A stretch of DNA of 64,000 nt from Trypanosoma brucei (lineage: Eukaryota): assembly GCA_000002445.1 (NCBI GenBank), contig CP000068.1, positions 608,001 through 672,000 of the forward strand. Reading direction: 5' to 3'. Positions 1 through 13,051 of the stretch are shown piece after piece. A program made the translations under genes and the position numbers. The first letter of the stretch is position 1, and the number at the start of each line of letters is the position of its first letter. The notes beneath the pieces were generated by a model that was not told the origin of the DNA, searched no databases, and saw only the letters and a list, made by a program, of their open reading frames with translations.

Positions 1-671
1 TGACAGAAATACCCCATTCAGAGGAGGATGGTAGCGAAGGGGATTTGCAATATGATTTCATCAATAGGGGTGATGTCTTCTCAGAACTTGGTGGCGCATT
101 GGCAACAGAAGGAATAAGCACCAGATCCAGTGGTTTTGTACCGGCTGTGGAATCGGAAGGTGATTGGTCTCCCACATTACCACCGCATCGTGCCGCTCTT
201 TCCATGGATCGTATGGATGGTATTTCTGAGCCCCAACTGCGGATGGAGCGCGTGGCACCACACCGCACCCTCACACCAGAGGAAGTTCGCGAGCTCTTAA
301 ATAAGAGAAATGAAGCCATAAAGAAAGAAAGAGCGTTTCCTCTTAGGGGTGGATCGCGTTACACTTATCATCAGCAGCGGCAATACCGACCTGTGCGACG
401 TGCAGGAGGCCAAATGCGGCACTACACGCACACGAGTGGGCAAACGGAAAATCTCGTGCTTTTGGTTCCTCATGGAACTGCAGCGACGGCTACGGTGGTT
501 CCAGACGCGTGTATGCAACAACCGCAATTTATTGGTGTTCAGGCGGTGGTATTAAACGCTGGGCAGCGGCCATTTGGTCTGCCGTCATCCCCGCAACAAC
601 ATGTGTGCATGCATCTGCAACCGTCTCAACTGCAGCCGCATCATGGGATTGGGCAGTTTTACTATTTTTAA
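1..671 (+). CDS. hypothetical protein, C-terminal portion (5' end lies outside the window)
   Basis: The reading frame is open from nt 3 to the stop at 669-671. The ORF track begins at an internal Met at 45. Composition is coding-like, in contrast to the AT-rich low-complexity DNA downstream. No recognisable domain. Confidence 0.4.
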   Translation, partial: TEIPHSEEDGSEGDLQYDFINRGDVFSELGGALATEGISTRSSGFVPAVESEGDWSPTLPPHRAALSMDRMDGISEPQLRMERVAPHRTLTPEEVRELLNKRNEAIKKERAFPLRGGSRYTYHQQRQYRPVRRAGGQMRHYTHTSGQTENLVLLVPHGTAATATVVPDACMQQPQFIGVQAVVLNAGQRPFGLPSSPQQHVCMHLQPSQLQPHHGIGQFYYF

Positions 672-977
672 GTCTTTGCAGTATTGCCTTCAGTGAATTC
701 CACCACATGTGGTGAAGAAAAGTACAAGAATAAAGCAGAAAAGAGGAAGTGAGAAGTAATGTGGAATTTTTGACGGATGGTAGTTCATGTTCATAATAGA
801 AAAGTGTGTGCATATTTTGTTTTTTTTTTAAAGACGAGGTCTATCATATGTGTAAACATATACATATATATATATATAAATAAATGCATTACCTTTTCAT
901 TTGTTCTCACAGAAACACGCTTAAAATATACGCATATGCATGCATAGATATATTTATCCAAACTCCATACAGAAGTA

Positions 978-1044
978 CATATATATATATATATATATAT
1001 ATGAACACATTTTTTTTATAAATTATATATATATATATATTTAC
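978..1044. repeat. (TA)n microsatellites, one example of dozens in the window
   Basis: acatatatatatatatatatatatatatg and ttatatatatatatatatatt are read directly. Similar (TA)n runs occur at about 1903-1930, 3117-3160, 8841-8870, 14350-14390, 14820-14840, 47639-47658 and 58009-58030. Confidence 0.9.
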
Positions 1045-3126
1045 ATGTGTTTTTGTTATATACACAGTTATTTGGTTATGCGTGTGTGTTGGTGTTGGTG
1101 GTGATTTGGAATGGGTTTATCCTGTTTTTAGGTTGTTGTTGTTGCTGTTGTTGTTGTTGTTTACTCCTCTTTTCTTTTGGTATTCCAAATACTTATCTTT
1201 TCACTGCGTGCATGATATCGCGGTGTGTAGAGGAAGTGATTTTCGTATTAACGCATACACTCACGTCTATATTTCATTTTGAAAGCTTTTCTATATATTT
1301 ATCCGCATTCGTGTTTATGTTTGTGTTCATTTATGTTTTTTTTTTACCTCTTTCACAGTAACGGTGCGATTTGCTGCTTCCATTACTTCGTCATGTCATG
1401 TTATCCGGCGTCCGCCTCTCTGTGCCTGTGCCTGTGCGAATGGTGGGAATTTGAGCGGCATGACATGTCAGTTGGTTTTATTTATGTTTTTTTTTCTTGT
1501 TTTATTATTTACTCCTACCCTTTATTGTTTTTTCCTCTTTTTATTTTATTTTATTGCTTGCTTTTGAGGATAATTGATTTGAAATAATCGTTTTCCCCGC
1601 CCACCCCTCCCTTCTTTTTTTTTGTTTTTTCGTCTTTTTGAAACTGTGACTTGGCACTCATCGTCTTCAAGCTTCAACGCTTTCATTGTTACATGCGTTT
1701 TGATATTATAACTAAGTAAATAAAATTGCTTTTATATGTTGTGTTTTGATTAATTTGAATAATAGTCAAGCGGTGAGAGAAAAAAAATAATAACCCAAGG
1801 AGGGTGTAAACAACAACAAAAAAAGAGAGAGATATGGAGACACCGAATAGTGATAAAAATAAAAATAACAAAAATGAAAATGAAAATGTTGTTGTCAAAC
1901 ACACACACATATATATATATTTATATATATATATATATATACATCCATTCCAAGGTAACTATACGTGTTTTGTTTGAATGTAAATAAACACATGTGTGCA
2001 TTTGTTCAAGTATGATAACATGAGCGTGAGGAGCAGATGCAACATTAATAATAATAATAATAATAATAACAGTGATAATAATTTTCATTGTTTAATATAT
2101 ATATATATATGTTTTGTGTGCTTGTGTGTTTGTTTTATTTCACCCCCTTATTAGTCACTTACTAATTTACTTCCTACAATGGAAAGGATAGTTGTCACCC
2201 ACATGTAATATGTGTCCTTTTTTGTGTTTTTTCTTTCTTTTTTTTTTCTTTTACGTTTATGCCCTTCTGTTTGTGCTTTTTTTTTTACTTATTTTCATTT
2301 GTTTTGCTTTATTTTCTTCCCTTTTATTTCCTTTTCCCCCTCCTCTCTTACTACTGTTCTTATTTATTCTAATTGCAACAAAAGCAACAATAGTTATAAT
2401 AACAAAATAATAATAATAGTGATTTTCTTTTTCTTTTTTGATTTGTGTGCATCGGAATGGATGGATGCAAATTCATGGAGGTGAGAGGAGGAATGGAAGG
2501 AAGTTTTCTTTTCTTTTTTGAAAAGAAAGAAAGAATTTCAATGGTGATTTGCACCGATTATTTCACAATATAAAAACATCACACCAACAGACAAGATATT
2601 ATTGTTTGTTGTTTTTTCCTTTTATTTAATGTGCGGCAAATGTGTGTGGTGTGTTTGTGTGTGTGGAAAAAGAAAAAAAGTGGGGGGAGGGGGAAAATAT
2701 TTTATTTATTTTTTTTTAAAAAAAAGAAAGACGAGGAAGCAGGGGGAAAAGAGGGGGGGGTGTACAAAGGAATAATATTTTTGCTTTAGTGGGGGAAAGT
2801 CATACGAATGCACAGACCGGAAGAAAAGAAAGTAAAATGAATTAGTCGAAGCAAAAAAAAAAGATAGGAAAGGAAAGGAAGATTAGGGTTTGGGAAAGAT
2901 GAGACTGCGGCAAAATAAAGCCGAGTGGAGTTAAGACCCTTTCTTCTTTTTTTTCTTTTCTTTTTTTTTCTTTTTCCTTCTGTTTCTGTTTCCATTTCTG
3001 TTTTTCTTTTCTTTTATTTTTCATTTTTTGTCTTTTGTGCACCCGTCCGTCGCAGGTGGGGGGAAGCTACCTTTCCTCAACAGCCATTCAGGGGGGAGGG
3101 GGGGGGGATATTTATATTGCAACATA

Positions 3127-3159
<33 letters not shown>

Positions 3160-3235
3160 GATTTTGTGTGAGACTGAGGTGAAGCCACTGATGGATTCCC
3201 TCTTTGCTCAACTTTTCTTTTCCTCATATTTAATA

Positions 3236-3300
3236 TGCCCTTGTTTTGCTATTCTCATTGCTTTTTTCTTGTAACATCTTTTCTTTTATTCCATCGCAGC
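3236..3300 (+). promoter_or_regulatory. polypyrimidine tract plus AG, candidate trans-splice acceptor region for the downstream kelch gene
   Basis: A T/C-rich run (ttgttttgctattctcattgcttttttcttgtaacatcttttcttttattccatcgcag) ends in AG about 100 nt upstream of the ATG at 3407. This is the usual kinetoplastid arrangement. Similar tracts precede the other genes but are not listed individually. Confidence 0.35.
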
Positions 3301-3406
3301 AGCTGGCACAGCTGCCGAAAAGAAAAAGGAAAAAAGAAGTTTAAGAAGTCCCAAACAACTGTGTATTTGGATATACACATCTACCGATTGTATACTCTCG
3401 GTAGCA

Positions 3407-5356
3407 ATGATACCGAGGCATTATGTAGCAATGCATCGGTTGCACGATCACGGAGTCAACAAAGTAGCCATTAGTTCCAGTTCCACTGATGCGGCATTGA
3501 AGTCCTTATATACACCAGAGGAATTAAACCAACCCCTGCAACAAACCCCTCAAGCGCGCAGTGGACATTTATTGCTTTCCTGTCCACAACGCCGAAGTAT
3601 TATACTACACGGTGGACTTAGCAATGGCCCTTTAGGGCTCATGAATGACACATGGGAGTTCTTAGTTGATTATCACCGGTGGGTGCGGTTGATATGCCGC
3701 GGTGAGCCACGTAAGGAGTTAAACTCATCGGAATACGCGACACTTCAAAGCGAACGCAACACGACGCACTCCTCCATATTTAGAGATGATTATTATGATG
3801 ACAATGACAGCGACGATGCGGAAGCGTCAGTAGCGGGAGGATTAATGCCACCGAGGGCGTTCGGTCAATGTGGCGTCCTGTATGGTGAAGGGCGTTTTCT
3901 TTTTGTGCATGGTGGTGTCACAACATTAGGGCGTACAACTTCTGATGCTTTTCGACTTGATATTGAGAGGAGGTCGTGGGCGCGGATACCTCTTCTGCAG
4001 CCGATGCCCTCCATGTGGGGTTCTGCTGCGCAGGTTGTGCGGCTTCCAGTAAAAGCGCTCGTCGCCGCCGGACAGATCAGCACAACCGGTAATAGTTGTG
4101 AAGAAGAAGAACAAGAAGGCCGCGTTGTGGAGGTCGTCGTTCTCTTTGGTGGTATGCATCAGGCCAACGCCTTCAACGACACATACTTTTTGTACCTCAC
4201 GCAACCGCCGCCATCAGAAGGTCGTACATCGTATAAGGAAGGTGAAGGACGTGTCGTGGTGAAGCTGCCACCAGTACCAAAGAAGATCTTTCCCGGGCGG
4301 CGTCGGGCTTGCTCTGTTGTTTGTAACAACTACTTCCTTTTTATCTTTGGTGGACGGGACGAGAATTACTTCTATAATGATATGTGGATCCTAAACACCT
4401 TAACGAGGCAGTGGGTGATGGTACGGGGTGAAGTCCCGCAGCTTTACATGCAGGAGTTTTTTCGCTTTCCCTGCAGAACCGCACCAGGGATACGCATTAT
4501 GGGACTTGTAGAAGAGATACTTCGCTTCCGGCGCAAGGCGGTAGGCACAGACGGTAAAGATAATCCGCATAAGTCACGTCGTTACAACAGTTCCGCGTAT
4601 TGGCGGACGGGCGCCACAATGGTCAATTATGGAACTGAGGTATTTGTGTTTGGAGGTTTCACCATGGATCAGTTCGGCTACATCATAACGCATCGGGACG
4701 TGCACGCGTATGATTATGTGCATCACGTGTGGCGGGAAGTAGAGGTGGAGGAGGGTCGCTCGCTTCCGCCATTTCCACCGGGTTATTTTCGATCTTCTTG
4801 TTTGGCTGGTGAGGAGCCACAACCCCAGTGGGAGTTGCTGCGGGGAATTCCCTCAATGTTTTCAGAGGGCCGCACGATGGCGGCGATGTGTCGTGATCCC
4901 ATACGACCCTCCTTACGCTTCTTTATGTTTGGTGGTCGTATGGAAGATGATCCCTGTGGTGACCTTTTCGACGTACGTATTCGTGTAGAATTCCAAGGGC
5001 CACCACCTGCTAAGGATCAAATGTTGGAACGTCAACGGCAGTTGGCTCGTTTATACTTCACCACACCGCAAGCGCGAGCGCCATGGGAAATGTCACCGTG
5101 GGGTAGGCGAAGCCTTTTGCTTCAATTGCTTGATTGGACGCGAGCAGTAGTAACGGAAGGAGAGGCGCTTAATGCAATTCAAAATATGAGGCCTCGGACA
5201 TCTCGGGAGGTGCCACCATTACATAAGGAATGTGCGGCTCATGCAACTGAAGTGGAATCGACGTTACGCAATAAATTGAGTATTTTGCCGAAAGTAGTGA
5301 ATGAACAGGTGTTGTTGCCTCAACCATTTGTGTTGCCCGAGGAACTGAGGGGTTAA
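3407..5356 (+). CDS. kelch-repeat (beta-propeller) domain protein
   Basis: 649 aa ORF. Six spaced kelch-type blades are visible by eye: ILHGGLSNGP, FLFVHGGVT, VLFGGMHQAN...DTYFL, FLFIFGGRDENYFYNDMWIL, VFVFGGFTMD, FFMFGGRMED. Moderate GC and coding-like. Confidence 0.7.
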   Translation: MIPRHYVAMHRLHDHGVNKVAISSSSTDAALKSLYTPEELNQPLQQTPQARSGHLLLSCPQRRSIILHGGLSNGPLGLMNDTWEFLVDYHRWVRLICRGEPRKELNSSEYATLQSERNTTHSSIFRDDYYDDNDSDDAEASVAGGLMPPRAFGQCGVLYGEGRFLFVHGGVTTLGRTTSDAFRLDIERRSWARIPLLQPMPSMWGSAAQVVRLPVKALVAAGQISTTGNSCEEEEQEGRVVEVVVLFGGMHQANAFNDTYFLYLTQPPPSEGRTSYKEGEGRVVVKLPPVPKKIFPGRRRACSVVCNNYFLFIFGGRDENYFYNDMWILNTLTRQWVMVRGEVPQLYMQEFFRFPCRTAPGIRIMGLVEEILRFRRKAVGTDGKDNPHKSRRYNSSAYWRTGATMVNYGTEVFVFGGFTMDQFGYIITHRDVHAYDYVHHVWREVEVEEGRSLPPFPPGYFRSSCLAGEEPQPQWELLRGIPSMFSEGRTMAAMCRDPIRPSLRFFMFGGRMEDDPCGDLFDVRIRVEFQGPPPAKDQMLERQRQLARLYFTTPQARAPWEMSPWGRRSLLLQLLDWTRAVVTEGEALNAIQNMRPRTSREVPPLHKECAAHATEVESTLRNKLSILPKVVNEQVLLPQPFVLPEELRG

Positions 5357-8010
5357 TCGGAGTGACGTACTGGAAATTAGATCCTCCTACATACACATAC
5401 AGAAGCACGTCTGGCGTTTTATTTTTATTTTTTTTTATTAAAAAAAAAATTGTTCACCGTATTTTTGCCGCTGAGGTGCCGTCACTCGGAGTGGATATGT
5501 TGATACATGAGGAAGGAGTGCTCGAAACGTCTTTTTTTCTTTTTTCTTAAGCGCTGACTATTATGGCTGCTTAATAATTGTGTTCCACTCCCTTACTTAT
5601 TCCGAGAAAAAGAAAAAAAGGAAGACAGGGGGAAAAGAGCCTCCAGCACTGTGTCGTCCACACGCTCCTGCAAAAGAAGAAATAATAAAAAATACGGATA
5701 CGTGCAAGTTGTTGTATGTGGAGGAGGATGAGGAGGAAGTGAATACGTCTGGGTTGCTTTTTTTTTTTCAAAAAAAAAAATATTATTATTATTATTACTT
5801 TATTCTCGTTTTCTGTGTCGTCTACTACTCAACATGATCCTTTATATATATATATATTCATACCAACCCATATCCTTCCCTCATTTCCTTTTCTTCCTTT
5901 TTAGGAACAAGTGGTGGGCCTCATTAGCGGAAGTTTGAACGGCGCGGAAATCGACTAAAGGCGCCGAATGGAGGAATGAACCGGAAAGTAAAAGTAAAAA
6001 CAAAACAAAACAAAATAAGGCAGAAGGAAATAGAAGAGTATTTATTTTATTTTTATGTTTATATATTTTTGTAGTAGAGTGAAGTATTGTGTGTTGTGAA
6101 GCGTAACGAGTTCGAAGGCTACCGCGTGATGCAGTGAAATGAAATGCACGTTTGGAAGCTTTTGCGGGAAAAATAAGGTTGGAGGAGGAGGAAAGAAAGA
6201 GATTAGAAAAGAAGGAAAGGGTAGGGGGGGGAAGGGAACAGTATTTTTGTTGTTTCATTTGTTAAATTTGATTACTTCCCTTTCAACTGCTGCTCTTTTT
6301 CTTCTTCCGTCTTTGTGCATTTCCTCTGTAAATCTATTTTAGCTCCCATTTTCTTTTTATTCTTTTTATTTTGGGGGAAGAAAAGGGAGGTGTTTACTTT
6401 GCTTGTCTGTCCAGAGGAAGATGTACCCTGGAAATATTCATATATACTAATATATACATATATATGCATGTATGATTTGGTACGAGTGTATCATATCTTT
6501 ATGCGCGTTTAGTTATTTGATTTTTAGGGAGCATAATTTCGTTTTCTGACGCGGGAATTTGTGGATAAATATGCTTTTGTTTTATTTCATTTCATTTCAT
6601 TTTATCTTATTTTATTTTATTTTGCTCTGTTCTGTAAGAGAGCGGGAGGAGGGGGAAAAAAAAAGGGTGGGGGCATGGAATTATTTTTCAATTGTTTTGT
6701 TCAGCTTCCCGTTAAAATATTGGCCTCAATGTGGGCGCCATCGACGAGTGGAAATGACAAGTTAAGAAAAAGCAGGTAGAGAATGAGTGTTACAAACGGT
6801 AGTTTATGTTGTTTATGAGCATAAACCCAAAACGTATACGTCAAAAGAAAAGTAGAAAAAGATCGGATGGCATCTCTAACGTGTGGAGGAAATGGAATGA
6901 AATGAAGTGGTTTCTTCCCTTCATCACTTTTGTTGTTGTTGTTGTTGTTTTTGCAACGAGTGGCGGCTTCCGTTTGTCCGCGTTTTTTGATAGTTTGTAT
7001 GCTCCAAAGTAAACAAAGTAAATAAATGTGGTTTGTATTTGTTTCTACTTTCCTTTCCTTTTCCATGCAAACACATTGCACCGTACTACATTGATCTGTT
7101 GATTGTACACCTCCCTTCCGCGTGTTATTGTTATAATTGTGATTTTGCGATGTGGAAAAGAAAAAAAAATTAAGAGGAAGATGAAGAGGAAATATACGAA
7201 CAACCCTTATTGATATTTTACTCAATGAAATGCATGTTATCGCCTGTGTTCCCCCCTCTTTTTTTTTTTAATGTTTCCCATTCTCTTCTGTTGTTGGTTG
7301 TGTTCCTGTATTGTTATTTTTTAGTATCCATTTCCATTTCAATATCTGCCCCACTGTATTGCCGCATTTCTTGTGAGTCTTCCCATATTTTTCTACTTTT
7401 CAGCATTTTATGGGAGGCGAGTTGTGTTGATGTTATTTTTATTTTTTGAAAAGGGATTCCTTTCTTACGCTTAGATTGTCAGGTGAAGAACCGAGTTATT
7501 GAACTGTTTTTTTGTGTGTGTGTGTGCGTGCATGTGTGTTTGCGAAAAGAGGAGAAAAGAAAGCTACAACAAAAAAAAAAAGGAAGGTGCGTTACACTGC
7601 AGGTGGTGTTAGAAATAAGCTGATGAGGGTTTTAAAAAAACCGGCGGGATTGTGAATGAAAAGTGAAAAGTATTTTTGTCTACATTTTTTTCTCGCGCCG
7701 ATGTTGTGTCCCCAAATAACTCCTGGTGGTATTTTACACATGCCTAAAACACATTCGTATACGTATAAGTTTACGTATTTGTATATTTGTGAATGTCCAT
7801 ATGTCTGTTTCGTTTTTACTCGGATGGCAATTATTTATTCTTTCCTTCCAACAATTTCTACTTACCGAATATATATATATATATATATTTCACGTATTAT
7901 TGTGTATTTACATTTGGCATAAGGAAGAATCCACAAAGAAAAAAAAAAGGAGAGAAAGAGAAAGAAAGAGAGAGAGAAAGAGAAAAGAAAAAAAAAGAAG
8001 CAAAGGAGGT

Positions 8011-8805
8011 ATGACGCAATCGCAATCGCAAGGACATCCACGGGTTGGGCCTGCGCCCCTCTGTATCGATTACCCCACGCAACAGCCCCTTTGCCCAGAG
8101 TTTACGTATACCACTGATATCATCGCGTTAATGGCGCCACCTCGCATAGCCGCTAAGTTTTCACCATGTTTTCGCAAATACAGTTGGGACCCGTATGCGG
8201 TGCTGCTCACAGATCACGATTTAGAACGTGTAAAGAAATCATACAGGCGTGCAACGGCACCTCCCGCCATCGCCTCGTCACCAACGCGGCAACCCCCTCA
8301 GCAAAATCCTGCTGATATGGATATCAATGATAGTCACCATAATCACAATATTGATCATTCGCCATCACGGCTGCCACAGCTTTGCCAACAACAACAACAA
8401 CAACAGGAACAGCAACAACAGGAACAGCAGGAGCAGGAGCAAAGCCTACAACAGCAACATCAACAACTGAAACTACAGCAACAGCAACAGCAGGAGCAAC
8501 AGCAACTAAAGCAGCAAAGCCTCCAACAACAACAACAACAACAACACCAACAGCAGCAGCAGCGACTGAAACGACAATCATTACAACAACATCAACATTA
8601 TCATCAACATCATCATCGTCGATATCACCCGTATGCTCAACTGCATCACGGCGGTGGCCATCAGAGCCGCGGGGTGCATCATCCGTCATGGCATAACCGA
8701 CAGCCGGTGACTTGGAGGGCAATGGGACCCAATCAAGATTCTGAATTCAAATCTGCAGGAGGGCGTTCAGCTGCTCGAGGTTCCAGCGCCCGCTTCAGTC
8801 GCTAA
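8011..8805 (+). CDS. Gln-rich low-complexity hypothetical protein carrying a K-Y-SWDPY motif
   Basis: The track ORF 7726-8805 begins inside an AT-rich microsatellite. The in-frame ATG at 8011 (MTQSQSQGHPRV...) marks where the composition becomes coding-like. The protein has a long poly-Q/E/L tract and the motif FRKYSWDPY, which is shared with the gene at 13052. Confidence 0.5.
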   Translation: MTQSQSQGHPRVGPAPLCIDYPTQQPLCPEFTYTTDIIALMAPPRIAAKFSPCFRKYSWDPYAVLLTDHDLERVKKSYRRATAPPAIASSPTRQPPQQNPADMDINDSHHNHNIDHSPSRLPQLCQQQQQQQEQQQQEQQEQEQSLQQQHQQLKLQQQQQQEQQQLKQQSLQQQQQQQHQQQQQRLKRQSLQQHQHYHQHHHRRYHPYAQLHHGGGHQSRGVHHPSWHNRQPVTWRAMGPNQDSEFKSAGGRSAARGSSARFSR

Positions 8806-10294
8806 GCGGTGCACGAGGTTTCAAAACAATACAAATAAATATATATATATATATATATATATATTTGTATATATACATATATATCTACATTTATAAATAA
8901 ATATATAAATAAATATATAAATATTTATTTATACAAACAAAAAAACAAACAAGTAAATAAATAACTGACAACAGCGAGAAGAAAAGAAGAAACAGGAAAA
9001 AAAAAGTGATGAAATGAAATGAAATAAAATAAATAAATAAATAAAAGGCGGTAGTGTTACGTGAAGAGGGAGCGTAAACGGGAGGGGAAGGAAGAGAAGA
9101 GCAAAAGGAAAAAAAAATGAGACGATGATGATTTTTTAAAATATTGGATGAAATAAGGGTTTCGTATATGCGCGTAACAAAGTAAATGAGTAAATCAAAT
9201 TGCATTCATAAATATTTATACTTTCTATGATATTTATACTCATGTAATTTATACATTCATTTAATGTAATTGATTTTTTTTTTAAAAAGAAAGAAAAGAA
9301 AAAAATCGGATAAATTTTTGTCAAATCAGGGAAAAGAGGAAAAAGAAAGAAAAAATAGTAATTTTTGAAGTCTGGTAAATAAATAAATAAATAAATAAGT
9401 GTATAAGTTCAGAAATAATTTAAGTAACAAAGCAAGAACAAAGAAAAGAAGTGCAGAGGTAGGGGAGAAGGGAGGAAAAGTAAAACAAAAACACACACAC
9501 ACACAAAAAAAAAAAAGAAAGAAACAAAACAACACGTAATTAAAGGATTGGAGGAGGAGGAAGAAAAAAAAAAAGGGAAACAACCCTTGCAGCTGGTTCT
9601 GCATCTGGAAGCAAAAAAGAAAAAAAGAAAAAAAGAAAAAAGATAAGCTCGAAAGAGAGAAAGAAAATAGTTGCAGTGTTTCTATTAAGTAATTCTTTTT
9701 TGCTTTTGTTTGTATTTTTGTTTTGCCCAGCATAACCTGATCATTTGGCATTTTACTGGAGCTGACAGAAGAGGAAAAAAAAAAAAAGAAGAACACACAA
9801 AGGTGTGCTTTGCTTTTTGATTTTTTTAAAAAAAATTAATAATTGCCATGACCATCATAATTACTACTAATATTATCTTTATTGTTATTTTCATCATCAC
9901 TACTATTATTATTATTGTTGTTGTTATAACTATTACAGTTGTAGTTGTTATTACTATTGTTATTGTTTCATTTGCTTTGAACAGTGCATGTGTGTATACG
10001 AATCCCTTCATTTATTCATCCATTTCATTTTATTAACAAGTTTTTAAAAAAAAAACGAACCGCAACAAAAAGAAAACGAAAAAAAACAGAAGAACAACTG
10101 GTCCGTTGAGAACTTCTCGAGCCTTTGTCTTTTTTTTTTTTAGTTTGCTTTTCTTCTCTTTCCCCCCCCCCCGCATTATCTTCATATTTGTACACGTGAA
10201 CAATTTTTTAAAAAAAAAAGAAAAAAAAACATTTATTTGCTATTTCTTTCCTCCCGCTTTTTCCCACCAATTTTCTATTCGCTTGCCCTTACCC

Positions 10295-10298
<4 letters not shown>

Positions 10299-10331
<33 letters not shown>
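10299..10331. repeat. (ATT)n microsatellite
   Basis: attattattattattattattattattattc is read directly. Related (TAA)n lies at 2044-2076, (GTT)n at 1128-1160 and 6926-6946, and (AAATA)n at 9030-9050. Confidence 0.9.
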
Positions 10332-13051
10332 CCATTCCTATCTTTGTCTCTTCTCTTTTTTTTTCTTCTCTTTTCTTTTCGTTTCCTTTCTTTTTTTCAC
10401 TTTTAATTTACCTTTTCACCCCCAAAAAAAAAACAACAAAAAAAATCATCTTCGCATATATCCCTTCACATATTTTAACTTCACCGCAGTGTTTGTTTTT
10501 TGCTTTTGTTTTTAATGAAAGGAAAAAAAATATGCCACCTTCATAATAAATTTGCCGTTTTAGTGTTGGAGGTTGTGTTGCATGAGGGAGAAAAAAAGGG
10601 GGGGTATTTTTTTTTTTTACACAAAAAAGAAAAGAAAAATAAGCCTGCGAGTTGATAACGAAGCGGAAATAAGAATCTTTTTTTTTTTCAAAAAGAAGAA
10701 AAGGGGAAAAAAAGTAAAAAAAAAGTGAGGAAATATATATATAATATATAAAAGTAAGGAATGTGAGATGGAAATGATGTATAAATGATAGTTTTTATAT
10801 TTGAAATGTATGATCATGTGTGCTTTAATTTTTTCTTCTGTTTCTTTTCTTTTTTTTAAAGTTATGTTTTATTTTATTGTGTGTTGAATCTACGATTCTT
10901 TGCTCATTTTTGCTTTTCTTGTTGTTGTTGTTGTTGTCGTTGTTGTTTCTTTCTTTTCCTCTATTGTCAGTTTTTGTTTGTTTGTTTTTGTTTTTGGAGG
11001 TGTTTTATTGTCATTGTCCCTCTTTTTGTTGTTGTGTTGTTTGCTTGTGTGTGTGTTCTTTGTTTGTTTGTTTGTTTGTTTTTTCCCTTCTTTTTTTTTT
11101 TTAATATCTTTTTATGCATTCGCGCTTTGTGTTTGCGCCATCAGAAGTGAGTATGGGAACTCCGTCTCATATGGCGGCTGTTTTCATTTCTCCTTTCATT
11201 TCTTTATTCCCTTTTCAAAACGAAACAAAACAAAAAAAAACATACACAAGTTCAAAAAAAAAAAACCTCCCCAAACAAAACAAAAAAAAATGGAAAGAAA
11301 AAACGCCCAGACAACTCGCAGAAATCGTCGCGTTCCCGCGTTGGTTGATTGAATCTTTTTGTTTTTGTTTTTGTTTTTCCTCCTTGATTTATTTTATTTT
11401 ATTTTATTTTGGTGTTTGTTTGTTTGTTTGCTTGCTTTCATTTTGTTATCACATCACGATAACCGAAAAAAGAAAACAAAAAAAAAAAGCAACTGCCGGG
11501 CCTTTTTGATGACAAGTTGAACTTTTCATTTTTGTTGCGGCACCGTCATCTTTTCACATCCGCGCTGTGTTGTTTGATTGCTTGATTGATTGATTGTTTA
11601 TTTGATTGTGATTTCTTTTTTTTTTCTTTTTTTCTCCTCATTTTCTGTTTTTTTTTTGTTTTTTTTTGTTGTTGTTGGGTTTCAGGTGCCTGACGCCATT
11701 CGTGTGCTTCTGTTCAGTTGGTACTATTTGCTGCTTTGTTATTGTTATTATTATTATTGTTATTATTATACCACTTTCTTTTTTTTTGTTGTTGTTGTTT
11801 TTCCTGTCTATCTTTTCCATTATATAATTCTTAATACTCTGTCGTCACTAATTTTTTTACTTCCTCTTTTCTTTTCTTTTTTTCTTCTTCTTTATATAAT
11901 AAAATGAATAAAAAAAAGATTAAAAAAATTTTTTTCCTTTTCACCTTTCTTTTGTTACCTTATGGATCTCCGTGTCGTTTGGCCAAGGGCAAAAGGTGGG
12001 ACTGCCAGTTTGAAATTCATTAAATTAACGAAAGAAAAAGTTTTTTTTTAAAAAAAAAGAAAAATGGCGTAACAAAAAAGGAAAATAAAGGAAAAGGGGG
12101 GGAAAAAGAGAAGAAGTGAAAAAAAAGGGGGAGTGAGTTGAGGGAAAATTTGGGCAAATGAAACGATGAATTAATGAGTGAAGAAGGAGGATGAACAAAA
12201 AAAAAAAGAAGAAAAGGAAATGATGGAAATGTGACATTATCTATCAAGTCGCCTCCAAGTTGTGTCGTTTCTTTCTTTTTTTTTTTCTTTTTTCTTTTCC
12301 CCCCTTCCCTCCCCCTTTAAAAAAAAAAAAATTCGCCTCTCAATTCCCGTCACATTTGCTCTGCGTCTTTCGTTGTCGTTATAATTGTTTTCAGTGATAT
12401 GTTGCAACCTCCAATTTCATCTTAACTCCTTCTCTCCTTTCCATTTTTGATTAATTTTCTTTTTTCCTTTTTCTTTTTCTTTTATATTTATTCACTCCTA
12501 TTTGTTTGGACGTATCGTCTTCTCTAAAATCCGGCACCAAAAACCGAAGGAAAAAAAGAAGTGATAAAACGTACAAGGAAGGAGAGAGGACGAAGGGGAA
12601 AAAAAAAAGAAAAGAAGGAAAATACATAGCTGGAACGCGCCTCCAAAAGACCGGGGCAAAAAAAAAAAAGAAGCGAAAGACGAGGCGAAGCGAAGAAATT
12701 AAAGAAAATAGGGACAGCGCGGTCGTAGCATTACGAGATTTATACGAGCGAGAAAATACAATCAGTCAATAACCTCAACGTGGACAAAAGGGGGGAGCAA
12801 AGAAAACAACAACAACAACAGCAACGAAGGAATAGAAGATTAAAACCAAATTCAGGCGGCACAAGTTTGAATCAAAGGAAGAATTGGTGGAAGAGTTCGC
12901 CGTAGTGAAGGGAAACTAAGGGGTTAGGGGGAAAAGAAAACTATATAAAATAGCGAAAAGCCACCGCGCCAAGGAAAGAGGAAAAGGATTTTAAAAAAAT
13001 AAAAAGCGGTCAATTCTGGTAACGACAGGAGGAACCAGCTCGATTCAGCGT

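Noticed and set aside
7726-8010. 5' extension of the Q-rich ORF starting at 7726.
   Set aside because: The first 95 codons run through (TA)n, poly-pyrimidine and (AGAGA)n microsatellite sequence (MVFYTCLKHIRIRISLRICIF...). The in-frame ATG at 8011, where the composition becomes coding-like, is the more plausible start.
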